The translations under genes and the position numbers were made by a program. This document shows positions 17,068 to 26,705 of a stretch of DNA of 44,318 bases, in pieces. The stretch is taken from contig CAYWFQ010000002.1 in the NCBI GenBank assembly GCA_964457505.1, positions 1-44,318 of the forward strand, given 5' to 3'. This DNA comes from an uncultured Flavobacterium sp. (GTDB lineage Bacteria; Bacteroidota; Bacteroidia; Flavobacteriales; Flavobacteriaceae). The notes under the pieces are model-generated. The model saw only the letters and a list, made by a program, of their open reading frames with translations. It ran no database searches and was not told where the DNA came from. Positions within the stretch are counted from its first letter, which is position 1. Every line of letters begins with the position of its first letter.

Positions 17068-17802
17068 TTAAATTTGTATTCCTTGTACTACTGCACTTTC
17101 CGTTTTTTCCATCAACTCTTCAAATGAATAATCGCTCACCTTTAACGGTTTGTGAATTGTAAATTTGAGTGAATTGCCTAATCCCATTGGGAAAGCACCA
17201 AATCGAACCATCTTCCATGAATTGTTAATGGTAATTGGGACCACATAAGCTGAAGGGGCGTGCTTACATAATATTTTTAATCCGCTTTGCGCGAAAGATC
17301 TAGGCTGACCTGTTTTACTTCTTGTTCCTTCAGGAAAAATAAGTGCCGAACGGGTGTTTTTTTCAATATATTCAGACAATCCTTTGATTAAAGGAATGGC
17401 TTGTTTAGGGTCTTTTCTGTCAATTAAAACAGAACCGCCGTGATTCAAATTATACGACACACTTGGAATTCCTTTGCCCAATTCTTTCTTGCTTACAAAC
17501 TTGCAATGAAAGTCTCTCAAGTACCAAATAACCGCTACAATATCATACAAACTTTGATGATTGGCTACAAAAATCACGGGTACATTTTTAGGGATATTGT
17601 CTCTATTTTCAAACTGATATCTGGTTCCTAAAAGGTTGGTACAACGCACTAAAAACAGGTTCAAATAATCGACACTTTTTTTATGCGCTTGGTACCCAAA
17701 AACATTAAAACATACCCATTGGATTGGATGAAAAACAACCAAACAAAGTCCAAAACACAGGTAGTAAATAATGGAAAGGGGATACGAAATTAGTTTCTGC
17801 AT
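17068..17802 (-). CDS. plsC: 1-acyl-sn-glycerol-3-phosphate acyltransferase (PlsC family)
   Basis: NHQSLYD (HX4D), IDR, FPEGTRS. TATTTTTG on minus at 17820-17827. Confidence 0.88.
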   Translation of the reverse strand: MQKLISYPLSIIYYLCFGLCLVVFHPIQWVCFNVFGYQAHKKSVDYLNLFLVRCTNLLGTRYQFENRDNIPKNVPVIFVANHQSLYDIVAVIWYLRDFHCKFVSKKELGKGIPSVSYNLNHGGSVLIDRKDPKQAIPLIKGLSEYIEKNTRSALIFPEGTRSKTGQPRSFAQSGLKILCKHAPSAYVVPITINNSWKMVRFGAFPMGLGNSLKFTIHKPLKVSDYSFEELMEKTESAVVQGIQI

Positions 17803-17888
17803 GCGCTAAAAATGAACAACAAAAATACGAAATAAATTTTTAGGGCTATTTAAATCCTTAAGAATAACACCTATTTAGCGTTTAATTG

Positions 17889-17896
17889 TACCTTTG
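17889..17896 (+). promoter_or_regulatory. -7 promoter element (TACCTTTG) for rnpA-S41 protease-OmpA
   Basis: TAnnTTTG about 30 nt before ATG 17927. Confidence 0.6.
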
Positions 17897-17926
17897 GCAA
17901 CTAAAATTAGCGGTATTTTCTTTGAA

Positions 17927-18322
17927 ATGAACTTCAATTATCCAAAAAACGAAAAACTAAAAAGCAAAATCACCATCGGATTATTATTTTCCGAAGGGAA
18001 ATCGGTGTCTAAATACCCTTTGCGATTAGTATATCATTCGGGTACTTTGGGAAATGACCAACAATTAAAAGTGGGCGTTTCCGTTTCTAAAAAATACTTC
18101 AAAAAAGCTGTGGATCGCAATTATTTCAAACGTGTTTTAAGAGAAACGTATCGTTTGAATCAACATTTGCTTAAAGACCACCTCAACCAACCCTATGCGT
18201 TAATGCTTTTTTACCAAAGTAAAGACCGATTGTCTTATGACGAAATCAACACAAAAACGATTCAATTATTTGAAAAATTTTTGGCGCAAATCAACCCTCC
18301 TTTAAAAGAAGAAGAAAAATAA
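17927..18322 (+). CDS. rnpA: Ribonuclease P protein component
   Basis: YPKNEKLKS, VGVSVSKK, KKAVDRNYFKRVLRETYR (RNR-like motif). Start moved to MNFNYP. Confidence 0.92.
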   Translation: MNFNYPKNEKLKSKITIGLLFSEGKSVSKYPLRLVYHSGTLGNDQQLKVGVSVSKKYFKKAVDRNYFKRVLRETYRLNQHLLKDHLNQPYALMLFYQSKDRLSYDEINTKTIQLFEKFLAQINPPLKEEEK

Positions 18323-18393
18323 ACGGATTTAACACCGTTCAACATTACCATTTTATTCTTATTTTAGACCTTTCAATCTAAGCTTTCGTTACT

Positions 18394-20031
18394 ATGATTA
18401 CCTCATTCAAAAAAAGATATATTATTCCTGTTATTGCCGCAGCCTTTTTGTATGTTGGCGCTAGTTTTAAGGAAGATTTTTTTGAAGTAGCCAAGCAAAT
18501 TGAAATTTTCACCACGCTGTTCAAGGAATTGAACAAAAACTATGTAGACGAAACCAATCCTGGCGAATTAATGGACAAAGCCATCAAAGGAATGTTAGCT
18601 AGTTTAGATCCATACACTGTTTTCTTCAACGAGCAAGATGTCGTGAAATTTAAAATCAATAATACGGGAGAATATACTGGAATTGGAGTTTTAATTACAC
18701 GAAAAGAAGACCGATTAATCATCAAAGAACCCTACAAAAATTTCCCTGCCGACAAAGCGGGATTAAAAGCGGGAGATGAGATTATTCAAATTGGCGATGT
18801 CCTTTTAGCCGACTTCAAAGACGATGCTTCGCAATTGTTAAAAGGAGCTAAAAACACTAAAATTGACATCAAATACATTCGCCAAGGAAAAACCAATACT
18901 ACCCAAATTGTATTGGACGAAGTCGAAATCAAATCGGTTCCGTTCTATGGAAAAATAGACGACAAAACGGGTTATATTGTATTAGCTCACTTTAACAAAA
19001 AAGCAGGGTTGGAAACCAAAAATGCTTTGGAACAACTCAAAAAAGAAGGCGTTGAGCGAATTGTTTTAGACTTGCGTGATAATCCCGGCGGATTGTTAAA
19101 CGAAGCCGTGACAATTTGCAATTTATTTGTACCCAAAAATGAAATTATTGTTACTACAAAATCGAAAATCGACAAACATAATAACACCTACAAAACCACA
19201 AAAGAACCTGTTGATACTGAAATTCCGTTAGCAATTATTGTTAATGGAAGAAGCGCATCAGCTTCAGAAATTGTTTCTGGGGCGTTACAGGATTTGGACC
19301 GAGCGGTGATTATTGGTAGTCGAAGTTTTGGAAAAGGATTAGTACAAAGACCCGTTGATTTAACCTATGGAACTCAGTTAAAAGTAACCATTTCGCGTTA
19401 TTACACCCCTTCTGGAAGATGCATTCAAGCACTAGATTACAGTCGAAAAGATAAAAACGGAATTGCCACAAAACGTGACGAGAAAAATTATACTGCGTTC
19501 AAAACCAAAAAAGGAAGAACCGTTTATGATGGTGGGGGAATTCAGCCTGACATTGCACTTGAAGAAACAAAATTAAGCGCCATCTCCGAAGCCTTAGAAA
19601 GAAACGATGCCATTTTCAATTTTGCTACCCAGTATTATTTTAAAAATCCAAATCTAGGCAACAGCATTCCAACTATTTCAGAAGCAGATTTTCAAGATTT
19701 TAAACAGTTTTTAAAATCATCTAAATTTTCTTTTGATACCCAAACCGAACTTGCATTAAAGAATACTTTGGCTGCAGCCAAAAAAGAAAAAATTGACGAA
19801 GCCATCACAGCAGAATACGAACAATTAGTAGTTGCTCTTCAAAAAAGTGAAACTGTTTTATTAGATAAAAATCAAAAAGAAATCAAGAATTTGATTCAAG
19901 AAGAACTCATCAAACGCTACCAATACCAAGAAGGTTTGTACCAATATTACCTTAAAAATAATATTGAAATCAAACGTGCTGTTCAGATGTTGAACACTCC
20001 TGCTGAATACAAAACCATCTTAAAAATGTGA
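18394..20031 (+). CDS. S41 C-terminal processing protease with PDZ domain (CtpA/Prc family)
   Basis: LDPYT, PADKAGLKAGD, DLRDNPGGLL, SASASEIVSGALQD, SFGKGLVQ, YYTPSGR. Confidence 0.95.
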   Translation: MITSFKKRYIIPVIAAAFLYVGASFKEDFFEVAKQIEIFTTLFKELNKNYVDETNPGELMDKAIKGMLASLDPYTVFFNEQDVVKFKINNTGEYTGIGVLITRKEDRLIIKEPYKNFPADKAGLKAGDEIIQIGDVLLADFKDDASQLLKGAKNTKIDIKYIRQGKTNTTQIVLDEVEIKSVPFYGKIDDKTGYIVLAHFNKKAGLETKNALEQLKKEGVERIVLDLRDNPGGLLNEAVTICNLFVPKNEIIVTTKSKIDKHNNTYKTTKEPVDTEIPLAIIVNGRSASASEIVSGALQDLDRAVIIGSRSFGKGLVQRPVDLTYGTQLKVTISRYYTPSGRCIQALDYSRKDKNGIATKRDEKNYTAFKTKKGRTVYDGGGIQPDIALEETKLSAISEALERNDAIFNFATQYYFKNPNLGNSIPTISEADFQDFKQFLKSSKFSFDTQTELALKNTLAAAKKEKIDEAITAEYEQLVVALQKSETVLLDKNQKEIKNLIQEELIKRYQYQEGLYQYYLKNNIEIKRAVQMLNTPAEYKTILKM

Positions 20032-20852
20032 TGAAAGAACTACTCAAAATAGGATTTATGTTGTTTTTCTTAAGCGGATTTGCTCAAGAAAAAAGCAAGC
20101 AAAATGTCTATTTTGACTTTGATGTGGACTTCCTTAAAGGAAACCAAAAAGACCTTCTTTGTGATTTTTTTCAAAAAATAGATAGCACTCAAATTCAATC
20201 AGTTCGTGTTTATGGATATTGTGATGATCGTGGTTCTGCTACTTATAATTTCAATTTGTCAGATAGAAGGGTAAGTGCGGTTGAAAAAATTTTACTCAAC
20301 CTTGGATTGAATCCTAATAAATTAATCACTTTAGAAGGTAAAGGACGGGTTTTGGTTAACAAAGATACCGTGCCTGATCTAGATCAAACCCGCTCTAATA
20401 ATCGTCGTGTGGAAGTAGTGATAGAACAATTAGCTAAGCCTCCGTATTTCATGGGTATTACGCGTTTGTTTTCTGATTTTCATTTGCCGCATCAAAAAGG
20501 CGATCGCATCTATTTAGAAAACGTTCGATTTGGTGTAGGAAGTAGTTATTTGGATTTAAAATCTCGAATTGTACTAGATAAAATTGTTACTTTTTTAAAG
20601 AACAATCCGTATGTAGAATTTGAAGTACAAGGTCATGTTTGTTGCACCCCAAAACACTTCTCAGATGCTATTGACAAAGACACGAAAGACCGAAAATTAT
20701 CTTACAACAGAGCCAAAGCTGTATATCGATATTTAGTGATGCGGAAAATTAATCCGTCCCGAATGACTTTTAAAGGCTACGGCAATCAATTCCCCATGGG
20801 AAAAGAACCTGAATTAGATCGAAGAGTAGAATTAGTGATTACAAAATGTTAG
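20031..20852 (+). CDS. Exported protein with two OmpA C-terminal-like domains
   Basis: Signal peptide; domain 1 VYFDFD..GYCDDRG..NFNLSDRR..NRRVEV; domain 2 GHVCC..LSYNRAKAV..GYG..DRRVEL. TGATG overlap with the protease stop codon. Confidence 0.85.
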   Translation: MKELLKIGFMLFFLSGFAQEKSKQNVYFDFDVDFLKGNQKDLLCDFFQKIDSTQIQSVRVYGYCDDRGSATYNFNLSDRRVSAVEKILLNLGLNPNKLITLEGKGRVLVNKDTVPDLDQTRSNNRRVEVVIEQLAKPPYFMGITRLFSDFHLPHQKGDRIYLENVRFGVGSSYLDLKSRIVLDKIVTFLKNNPYVEFEVQGHVCCTPKHFSDAIDKDTKDRKLSYNRAKAVYRYLVMRKINPSRMTFKGYGNQFPMGKEPELDRRVELVITKC

Positions 20853-21298
20853 CGATTCTTGTCCATTTGAATGTGCGGAATATCATCTTCTAAATACATT
20901 TCGCTGGTTTGAACAAAACCATGACTTTCATAGAATTTTTTTAGATACAATTGAGCGCCAATTGTGATTTCTGTTTCACCATAATGATGTAAAATTCCAG
21001 CAATAGCTTGACGCATCAATTCGTGACCCCATTTTTTTTCTCTATGCTTTGCATCTACTGTTACCCTGCCAATGGAAGCGTGAACAAAAGAAATTCCAGG
21101 TTTAAAAAGGCGCGCGTGGGCTACAATCTTACCTTCAAATATTCCAAAAAGATGCAATGCCTTTTGATCTTTGTTGTCCAAATCAAGATAGACGCAGTTT
21201 TGTTCAACAACAAAGATTTCACTTCGCAAACGAAGAATATCATACAATTCATTAACTGAAAGTGTTTCAAAAGATTTTATTTGCCATTCTAATGCCAT
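20849..21298 (-). CDS. GNAT N-acetyltransferase, ElaA family
   Basis: LYDILRLRSEIFVVEQNC.Y.D.D, IGRV, AQLYL..FY, YLEDDIPHI.M. Confidence 0.9.
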   Translation of the reverse strand: MALEWQIKSFETLSVNELYDILRLRSEIFVVEQNCVYLDLDNKDQKALHLFGIFEGKIVAHARLFKPGISFVHASIGRVTVDAKHREKKWGHELMRQAIAGILHHYGETEITIGAQLYLKKFYESHGFVQTSEMYLEDDIPHIQMDKNR

Positions 21299-21303
21299 AT
21301 GTT

Positions 21304-22299
21304 TTATTTTTTTGGTGGGGTAAATGTATTGTTTTTAAGCAAATGAACCGAATGGATGATGGCCTCAAGCTCATGCATAATGTCTCTTTTTTCTTTGGAA
21401 GGTGAATAACAAAACCCTTCTACAACCAGCAGTCGATTGTTGGGCTTATCCACCACGGCATAATTAATAAAAGGACCCGACATATAATCGTTTTGAAGTT
21501 GCCAAGTGCCTCTAGTTTCATACGCCAATAGATTGTCTAACTTTGATTTGAAAAAATAAGGTGTGTACCCTGTCTCGCTAATCATATAAGTATTCGGTTC
21601 GGTTCCTTGAATGTATTTTCCAATGGAATCTCTCATTTTAAGAATATCAACGGCTGCATTAGTAGTTGAAATCGTATTCAATGGCAGCTGATACAGCAAC
21701 AAACTACTACTTCCGCTGATTATTTTTTTCTTTAACCAAACAAAATTGAATTTTCTAAGCGCATATTCAAAATTAGAAGGTACTTGAATTCCAATTCTAA
21801 ATTGTTTGCTAATAGCTTTTGTATTGAGTAGGGATTGTTTGTTTATTCGTTGGCTTTCGGCTATTTCCCCTTGGTCAATTAATTGGATTATTTCTGGTGT
21901 ATGTTCTTCCAATAATTGTACTATTTCGGGAGCCGTTTTGCCTGAAATATGGAACACATTTTGAGGAGTTGCGTATTGATTTTCCTTGATTTCAAATTTT
22001 ATTTTTGCGTCTTTTTTAATCACAATAATCGCACGGCTATCTGTAGCAAAACCTTCTAATAATTTAACTGGATATTGATTGATGGTAAAAAGAGGTTCTT
22101 CTTGAGGTAGTCCAATTACTGGAGCGGCGAATTTATTTCGGATGCTATCGCCAATTTCTCCATTCCATAATTGATCGTCAATAATTACCGAAATTGTATT
22201 GATTTTACCGGATGTTTTCCGAGGCAAGTCGGCTTCTTTCTTAAAACAAGAAAACAGTACAACTGAAACTAGTAGGCATAAAAAATGGGTTTTATTCAT
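21304..22299 (-). CDS. Lipoprotein, DUF4837-like
   Basis: Lipobox LFSC; GLPQEEPLF, ETRGTW, MSGPF, EGFCYSPS..KRD. TAAATTTG on minus at 22325-22332. Confidence 0.75.
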   Translation of the reverse strand: MNKTHFLCLLVSVVLFSCFKKEADLPRKTSGKINTISVIIDDQLWNGEIGDSIRNKFAAPVIGLPQEEPLFTINQYPVKLLEGFATDSRAIIVIKKDAKIKFEIKENQYATPQNVFHISGKTAPEIVQLLEEHTPEIIQLIDQGEIAESQRINKQSLLNTKAISKQFRIGIQVPSNFEYALRKFNFVWLKKKIISGSSSLLLYQLPLNTISTTNAAVDILKMRDSIGKYIQGTEPNTYMISETGYTPYFFKSKLDNLLAYETRGTWQLQNDYMSGPFINYAVVDKPNNRLLVVEGFCYSPSKEKRDIMHELEAIIHSVHLLKNNTFTPPKK

Positions 22300-22347
22300 G
22301 ATTTTGACATTATGAAATAAAACCCAAATTTAAATCGATTCATTGAA

Positions 22348-24327
22348 TTATCCGTTAATTTTTAATTTCATTCCCGGTTTTAATTCTTCATCTTTGATGT
22401 TGTTCCATTTCTTCAAGTCAGCAATAGTCACACCAGGATATTTTTTTGAAATACTATATAGAGAATCTCCTTTTTTAACATAGTATTCTGCTTCTTTTTT
22501 AGCTGAGCTTGAATACTGATCTTTCTTTTTAAAACTTGCAACAGTAGCTTTATTGGTATCAATAACAATCTCATTTTTGGCAACAATCAAACTGTTTCCA
22601 ATAGCTATTGCATTAGATTTTAAGTTATTCCATTGCTTTAACTCATCTATAGTAGCTCCAAATTTCTTAGCAATACTGCCCAAATTATCTCCTTTTTGAA
22701 CGCTGTATTGAATGTCTTTTCTTTCAGCAACCACGGCTACTTCTTCTTTGGTAGCAGGGTTTTTCACCACTTGAAGTGATGCGCCCAACTGAACATTGCT
22801 ATTGGTTAACTTGTTCCAATCTTGAATATCAGCTACTGTAATGTTGAATTTTTTTGCGATAGCGCTTAAATTATCCCCTTTTTGAACTACATAAAATGAA
22901 GCGGATGCCACAGCGGCACTGTCTTTCTGAACTCCTTTTTTGTCTAACTCAGCTTTGGCAACAGCTAAAGAATTTTGGTCTGCTTCAATTCCGTTGATTT
23001 TTAAGTTCTTGCCGTAGGCCACTTTATTGCCTTTGATATTATTCCATTTTTTAATATCCTCAACCGCTACATCATATTTTTGAGCTATTGTACTTAAATT
23101 GTCATTACGCTTGACACGATAGTAACGCACTTTGGCTTGTGCCAATTTTTGAAATGTATTTACAGAATCCTGAGCTACAATTGGTCTAACAATTTGAAAT
23201 GGCTTTTCTCTTAAATTCGCCTCTCTATCCACATAGGCATAAATCTTAGATTCATTAGAGGTAAAAACCGCCATCTTGTCTTGAGGTAATCGTAAATAAT
23301 GGGTTTGATCTTTGTAAGAAGGTACCACATTTAATTTATAGGATGGATTCAAAATTTGCAATTGAGCCACCGGAATATCAATCAATTCAGAAATTTGTTT
23401 GAAAGACATTTGTCTTTTAATCATTACAGTATCTGTGGCAAAATGTTTTATAGGTGCTTTCTCTGGTTTGATACCATGTTCTTTATGGTATTCATAAATG
23501 TACATCGTTGCTAAAAAAGCGGGTACATATCCTTGTGTTTCTTTTGGTAGATTTTTTCGAATGTTCCAATAATTTTGTTGTCCGCCTGAACGACGGATGG
23601 CTTTTGCAACATTCCCTGGTCCTGAGTTATACGATGCTAAAACCAAATCCCAGTCTCCAAAAATAGCATACATGTTTTTCATGTATTGGGCAGCAGCCTC
23701 ACTAGCTTTTAGAGGATCACTGCGTTCATCCACGTACGAATCAATTTTTAATCCGTATTGTTTTCCTGTTTGGTACATGAACTGCCAAAGACCCGTTGCG
23801 CCTACTCTAGAAACTGCTTTTGGATTTAATGCCGATTCAACAACGGCTAGATATTTGATTTCAAGAGGTACATTTTGTTTATCAAATGCCTCTTCAAATA
23901 AAGGGAAATAATATTCTGAAACGGCCATTAAACGCTCAAAAGAACGTTTTCTATTTTTCAAAAAGGACTTGATAATGTTTTCTAAACCTTGGTTGTATTC
24001 AATATGAAATGGCGACTTATCATCCATTTCCTGTAATCTTGCTTTTAGCAATTCAGTAGACAATTCATAATCGACTTTTTCGTCGATATTGATATTTTGA
24101 ATATCATCAGAAAGATTATTAAAAATGTCTAAGTTCGTTAATTCCTTTAGCCACAAACTATCTACACAAGCTGCTAAATCATCTTTAACAAAGGTTTTTT
24201 TGATAGAATCTAGGTAGGTAAGTTTAATTTCTGGCTTAGGAGTTCCTGATTTTTCTGTAACTTCTTGCGAAAAAAGCGAGAAAGATACGAACAGAAAAAA
24301 AGGAAGTATGAGGTGTTTTATATTCAT
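22348..24327 (-). CDS. mltD: MltD-like lytic transglycosylase with four clear LysM repeats
   Basis: LAVVESALNP, GATGLWQFM, SYNSGPG, LPKETQGYVP; four Y.V.(K/R)(G/N)D.L..I..K(Y/F) repeats. Likely start MNIKHL (24327). TAAGTTTG on minus at 24379-24386. Confidence 0.9.
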   Translation of the reverse strand: MNIKHLILPFFLFVSFSLFSQEVTEKSGTPKPEIKLTYLDSIKKTFVKDDLAACVDSLWLKELTNLDIFNNLSDDIQNINIDEKVDYELSTELLKARLQEMDDKSPFHIEYNQGLENIIKSFLKNRKRSFERLMAVSEYYFPLFEEAFDKQNVPLEIKYLAVVESALNPKAVSRVGATGLWQFMYQTGKQYGLKIDSYVDERSDPLKASEAAAQYMKNMYAIFGDWDLVLASYNSGPGNVAKAIRRSGGQQNYWNIRKNLPKETQGYVPAFLATMYIYEYHKEHGIKPEKAPIKHFATDTVMIKRQMSFKQISELIDIPVAQLQILNPSYKLNVVPSYKDQTHYLRLPQDKMAVFTSNESKIYAYVDREANLREKPFQIVRPIVAQDSVNTFQKLAQAKVRYYRVKRNDNLSTIAQKYDVAVEDIKKWNNIKGNKVAYGKNLKINGIEADQNSLAVAKAELDKKGVQKDSAAVASASFYVVQKGDNLSAIAKKFNITVADIQDWNKLTNSNVQLGASLQVVKNPATKEEVAVVAERKDIQYSVQKGDNLGSIAKKFGATIDELKQWNNLKSNAIAIGNSLIVAKNEIVIDTNKATVASFKKKDQYSSSAKKEAEYYVKKGDSLYSISKKYPGVTIADLKKWNNIKDEELKPGMKLKING

Positions 24328-24532
24328 AGTTAATGTAATCAAGGGGCTATATTCCAAACGATTATAAAATCATTTTTACAAACTTACTAGGTTCTAACTT
24401 AAAAATTCCATAAATATTGTTAAAAATTCAGTTTTAAGGGCTTTTTTAAGCGTTTTTGGCTGATTTGATACGAAAATCCTTCTTAAAAATAACAGGTGTG
24501 TAACCGATTCTATTTTATAAAATAGTTAGAAT

Positions 24533-24571
24533 GAAAAAAAACCTTAGATCAAATTTCTTTGCTAAGGTTTT
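24533..24571 (-). terminator. Intrinsic terminator after pgk
   Basis: aaaaccttag/ctaaggtttt stem with a T-run on the minus strand. Confidence 0.65.
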
Positions 24572-24623
24572 CTATTTGTATTCCGCTCAAGTTGATATAA
24601 CTCGATTATTATTTCAAAAGTGC

Positions 24624-25811
24624 TTATTCTAAAATCGCAGCGATTCCAGGTAAAACTCTACCTTCTAACATTTCTAACATCGCTCCTCCTCCTGTTGAAA
24701 CGTAGCTTACTTTGTCTTCAAAACCAAATTGTTTTACAGCAGCAACCGAATCTCCGCCACCTACAAGTGAGAATGCTCCGTTAGCAGTTGATTCAGCAAT
24801 GAATTCCCCTAAAGCAATAGTTCCTTTTGCAAAAGTTGGCATTTCAAAAACACCTAAAGGTCCATTCCAAAGAATCGTTTTAGACTCTAAAATTACTTTT
24901 TTGAAGTTTTCTAATGATTTTGGTCCCGCATCCATTCCTTCCCATCCATCAGGAATTGCTCTTACATCTACCACTTGAGTATTCGCATCGTTTGAGAACT
25001 TATCTCCTGCAACTACATCAACTGGAATATGAATTTGAACTCCTTTTTCTTTAGCTAAACGCAAAATTTCTAAAGCCAATTCTTGTTTGTCATCTTCACA
25101 AATAGAATCTCCAATTTTTCCGCCCAACGCTTTTACAAAAGTAAAAGTCATTCCGCCACCAATAATCATGTGGTCTACTTTGTCTAAAATATTTTCGATA
25201 ACCGTAATTTTTGAAGATACTTTAGAACCTCCAAGAACAGCAGTTACTGGTTTTATACTGTTGTTTAATACTTTGTTCAAGCTTTCAATTTCTTTAGCAA
25301 GCAAAGTTCCAAAACATTTATCATTTGGAAAAAATTGCGCAATAATTGTAGTCGAAGCATGTGCTCTGTGAGCCGTTCCAAAAGCATCGTTTACATAAAT
25401 ATCTCCTAATGAAGCTAATTCTTTGGCAAAAGCCACATCTCCAGCTTCTTCTTCTGCATGAAAACGTAAATTTTCTAATAACAAAACTTCACCTGTTTGC
25501 AATTTGTTTGAAGCCTCTTTTGCTTCAGATCCTATACAATTAGCAGCAAATTGAACTGGCACTCCCAAAATAGCCGAAGCCGTTTTTAAAATGTGTTTCA
25601 ATGAATATTTATCTTCAGCTCCTTTTGGTCGACCTAAGTGTGACATTAAAATGACACTCCCGCCATCAGCCAAAATTTTATCAATTGTTGGTTTTGCAGC
25701 TTCGATACGTGTTGCGTCTGTTACATTGAAATTTTCATCCAAAGGCACGTTAAAATCAACGCGGATGATTGCTTTTTTATTTTTAAAATTAAAATCGTTT
25801 ACCGTTTTCAT
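24624..25811 (-). CDS. pgk: Phosphoglycerate kinase
   Basis: [50 protein letters not shown]. Start MKTVND (25811). Confidence 0.98.
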   Translation of the reverse strand: MKTVNDFNFKNKKAIIRVDFNVPLDENFNVTDATRIEAAKPTIDKILADGGSVILMSHLGRPKGAEDKYSLKHILKTASAILGVPVQFAANCIGSEAKEASNKLQTGEVLLLENLRFHAEEEAGDVAFAKELASLGDIYVNDAFGTAHRAHASTTIIAQFFPNDKCFGTLLAKEIESLNKVLNNSIKPVTAVLGGSKVSSKITVIENILDKVDHMIIGGGMTFTFVKALGGKIGDSICEDDKQELALEILRLAKEKGVQIHIPVDVVAGDKFSNDANTQVVDVRAIPDGWEGMDAGPKSLENFKKVILESKTILWNGPLGVFEMPTFAKGTIALGEFIAESTANGAFSLVGGGDSVAAVKQFGFEDKVSYVSTGGGAMLEMLEGRVLPGIAAILE

Positions 25812-25845
25812 TGTAATTTGGTTTTTAGTTTTTCTTGTAGACAAA

Positions 25846-25875
25846 CAAAGATAGAACTTTTCGTGTAGTCACAAA
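25846..25875 (-). promoter_or_regulatory. pgk promoter (TTTG-N18-TATCTTTG)
   Basis: caaagata at 25846-25853 and caaa at 25872-25875 on plus. Confidence 0.65.
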
Positions 25876-25971
25876 TTCAGAAAATGAATAAAAAATCAAT
25901 ATTTCTTAACGAAATCGTTGTAAATTAAATAATCTGTTTTTTTATTTTGTTTTTTTTATAAAAGTGGTCTT

Positions 25972-26586
25972 TTATTTAAATAAATATCCAATCCCTACTG
26001 AAAAACCATAACTTTTTGAATTTTCAAAAGGAGATTTTAAAACATTGGAAAAACCGTTGAGATAATTTGCATTTACAACAACGTTTGATTTGACTTTATA
26101 GGATAACCCAACAACACCTCCTAATTCAAACTTTTCAGCTAAATCTGACCGGGTATAAGAATTATACGTATACGTAAACTGATCATTTACTAGAAAATTA
26201 AATGATGGCCCTATTTCAAATGCAAAATTCTTAGCTAAATATAGTTTTGCTAAAATCGGAATCTTTATGTAATCTAACTTGTGTTCAGCATAAACTACAG
26301 GCATGGTTCCGGGAAGAAGTGAAGGGTAATTTACAAGTGCTTTCCCTTTAATTCCTTGACTTGAGTATAAAATTTCGGGCTGAATTGAGAATTTTTTACC
26401 CAGCGGTATTTCAACGGTTGCTCCAAGATAAAGTCCTGTCTTGTATTTTTCATCATATAAATAATCATTAGATGTCATGGTGGTAAAATTAACCCCTCCT
26501 TTTACACCAAATTGGATTTTTTCTTGTGATTTTACAGTTGGAATTAATAAAATTGTGAACGCTATAATCAAAATTATTTTTTTCAT
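25972..26586 (-). CDS. Outer-membrane beta-barrel protein (PorT-like porin family)
   Basis: Signal peptide, FGVKGGVN, SIQPEILYS, LDYIKIPILAK, GP, C-terminal VGIGYLF. Confidence 0.85.
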   Translation of the reverse strand: MKKIILIIAFTILLIPTVKSQEKIQFGVKGGVNFTTMTSNDYLYDEKYKTGLYLGATVEIPLGKKFSIQPEILYSSQGIKGKALVNYPSLLPGTMPVVYAEHKLDYIKIPILAKLYLAKNFAFEIGPSFNFLVNDQFTYTYNSYTRSDLAEKFELGGVVGLSYKVKSNVVVNANYLNGFSNVLKSPFENSKSYGFSVGIGYLFK

Positions 26587-26705
26587 TTTTGTTTGTATTT
26601 AATTAATAAGTCCGTTTAGTTCAAAACAAAAATACATTTTTTTTAATTACATAGTTGTTTTGCAAATTTGTAAATTTCTGAAAATCAAATACTAAATGAA
26701 AACTG

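Noticed and set aside
20849-20852. 4-nt overlap of convergent OmpA and GNAT genes
   Set aside because: Ordinary shared TTAG stop arrangement in a compact genome.
24498-24512. GTGTAACCGATTCTA as a LacI-like operator upstream of mltD
   Set aside because: Weak dyad, more than 100 nt from the predicted promoter, single occurrence.
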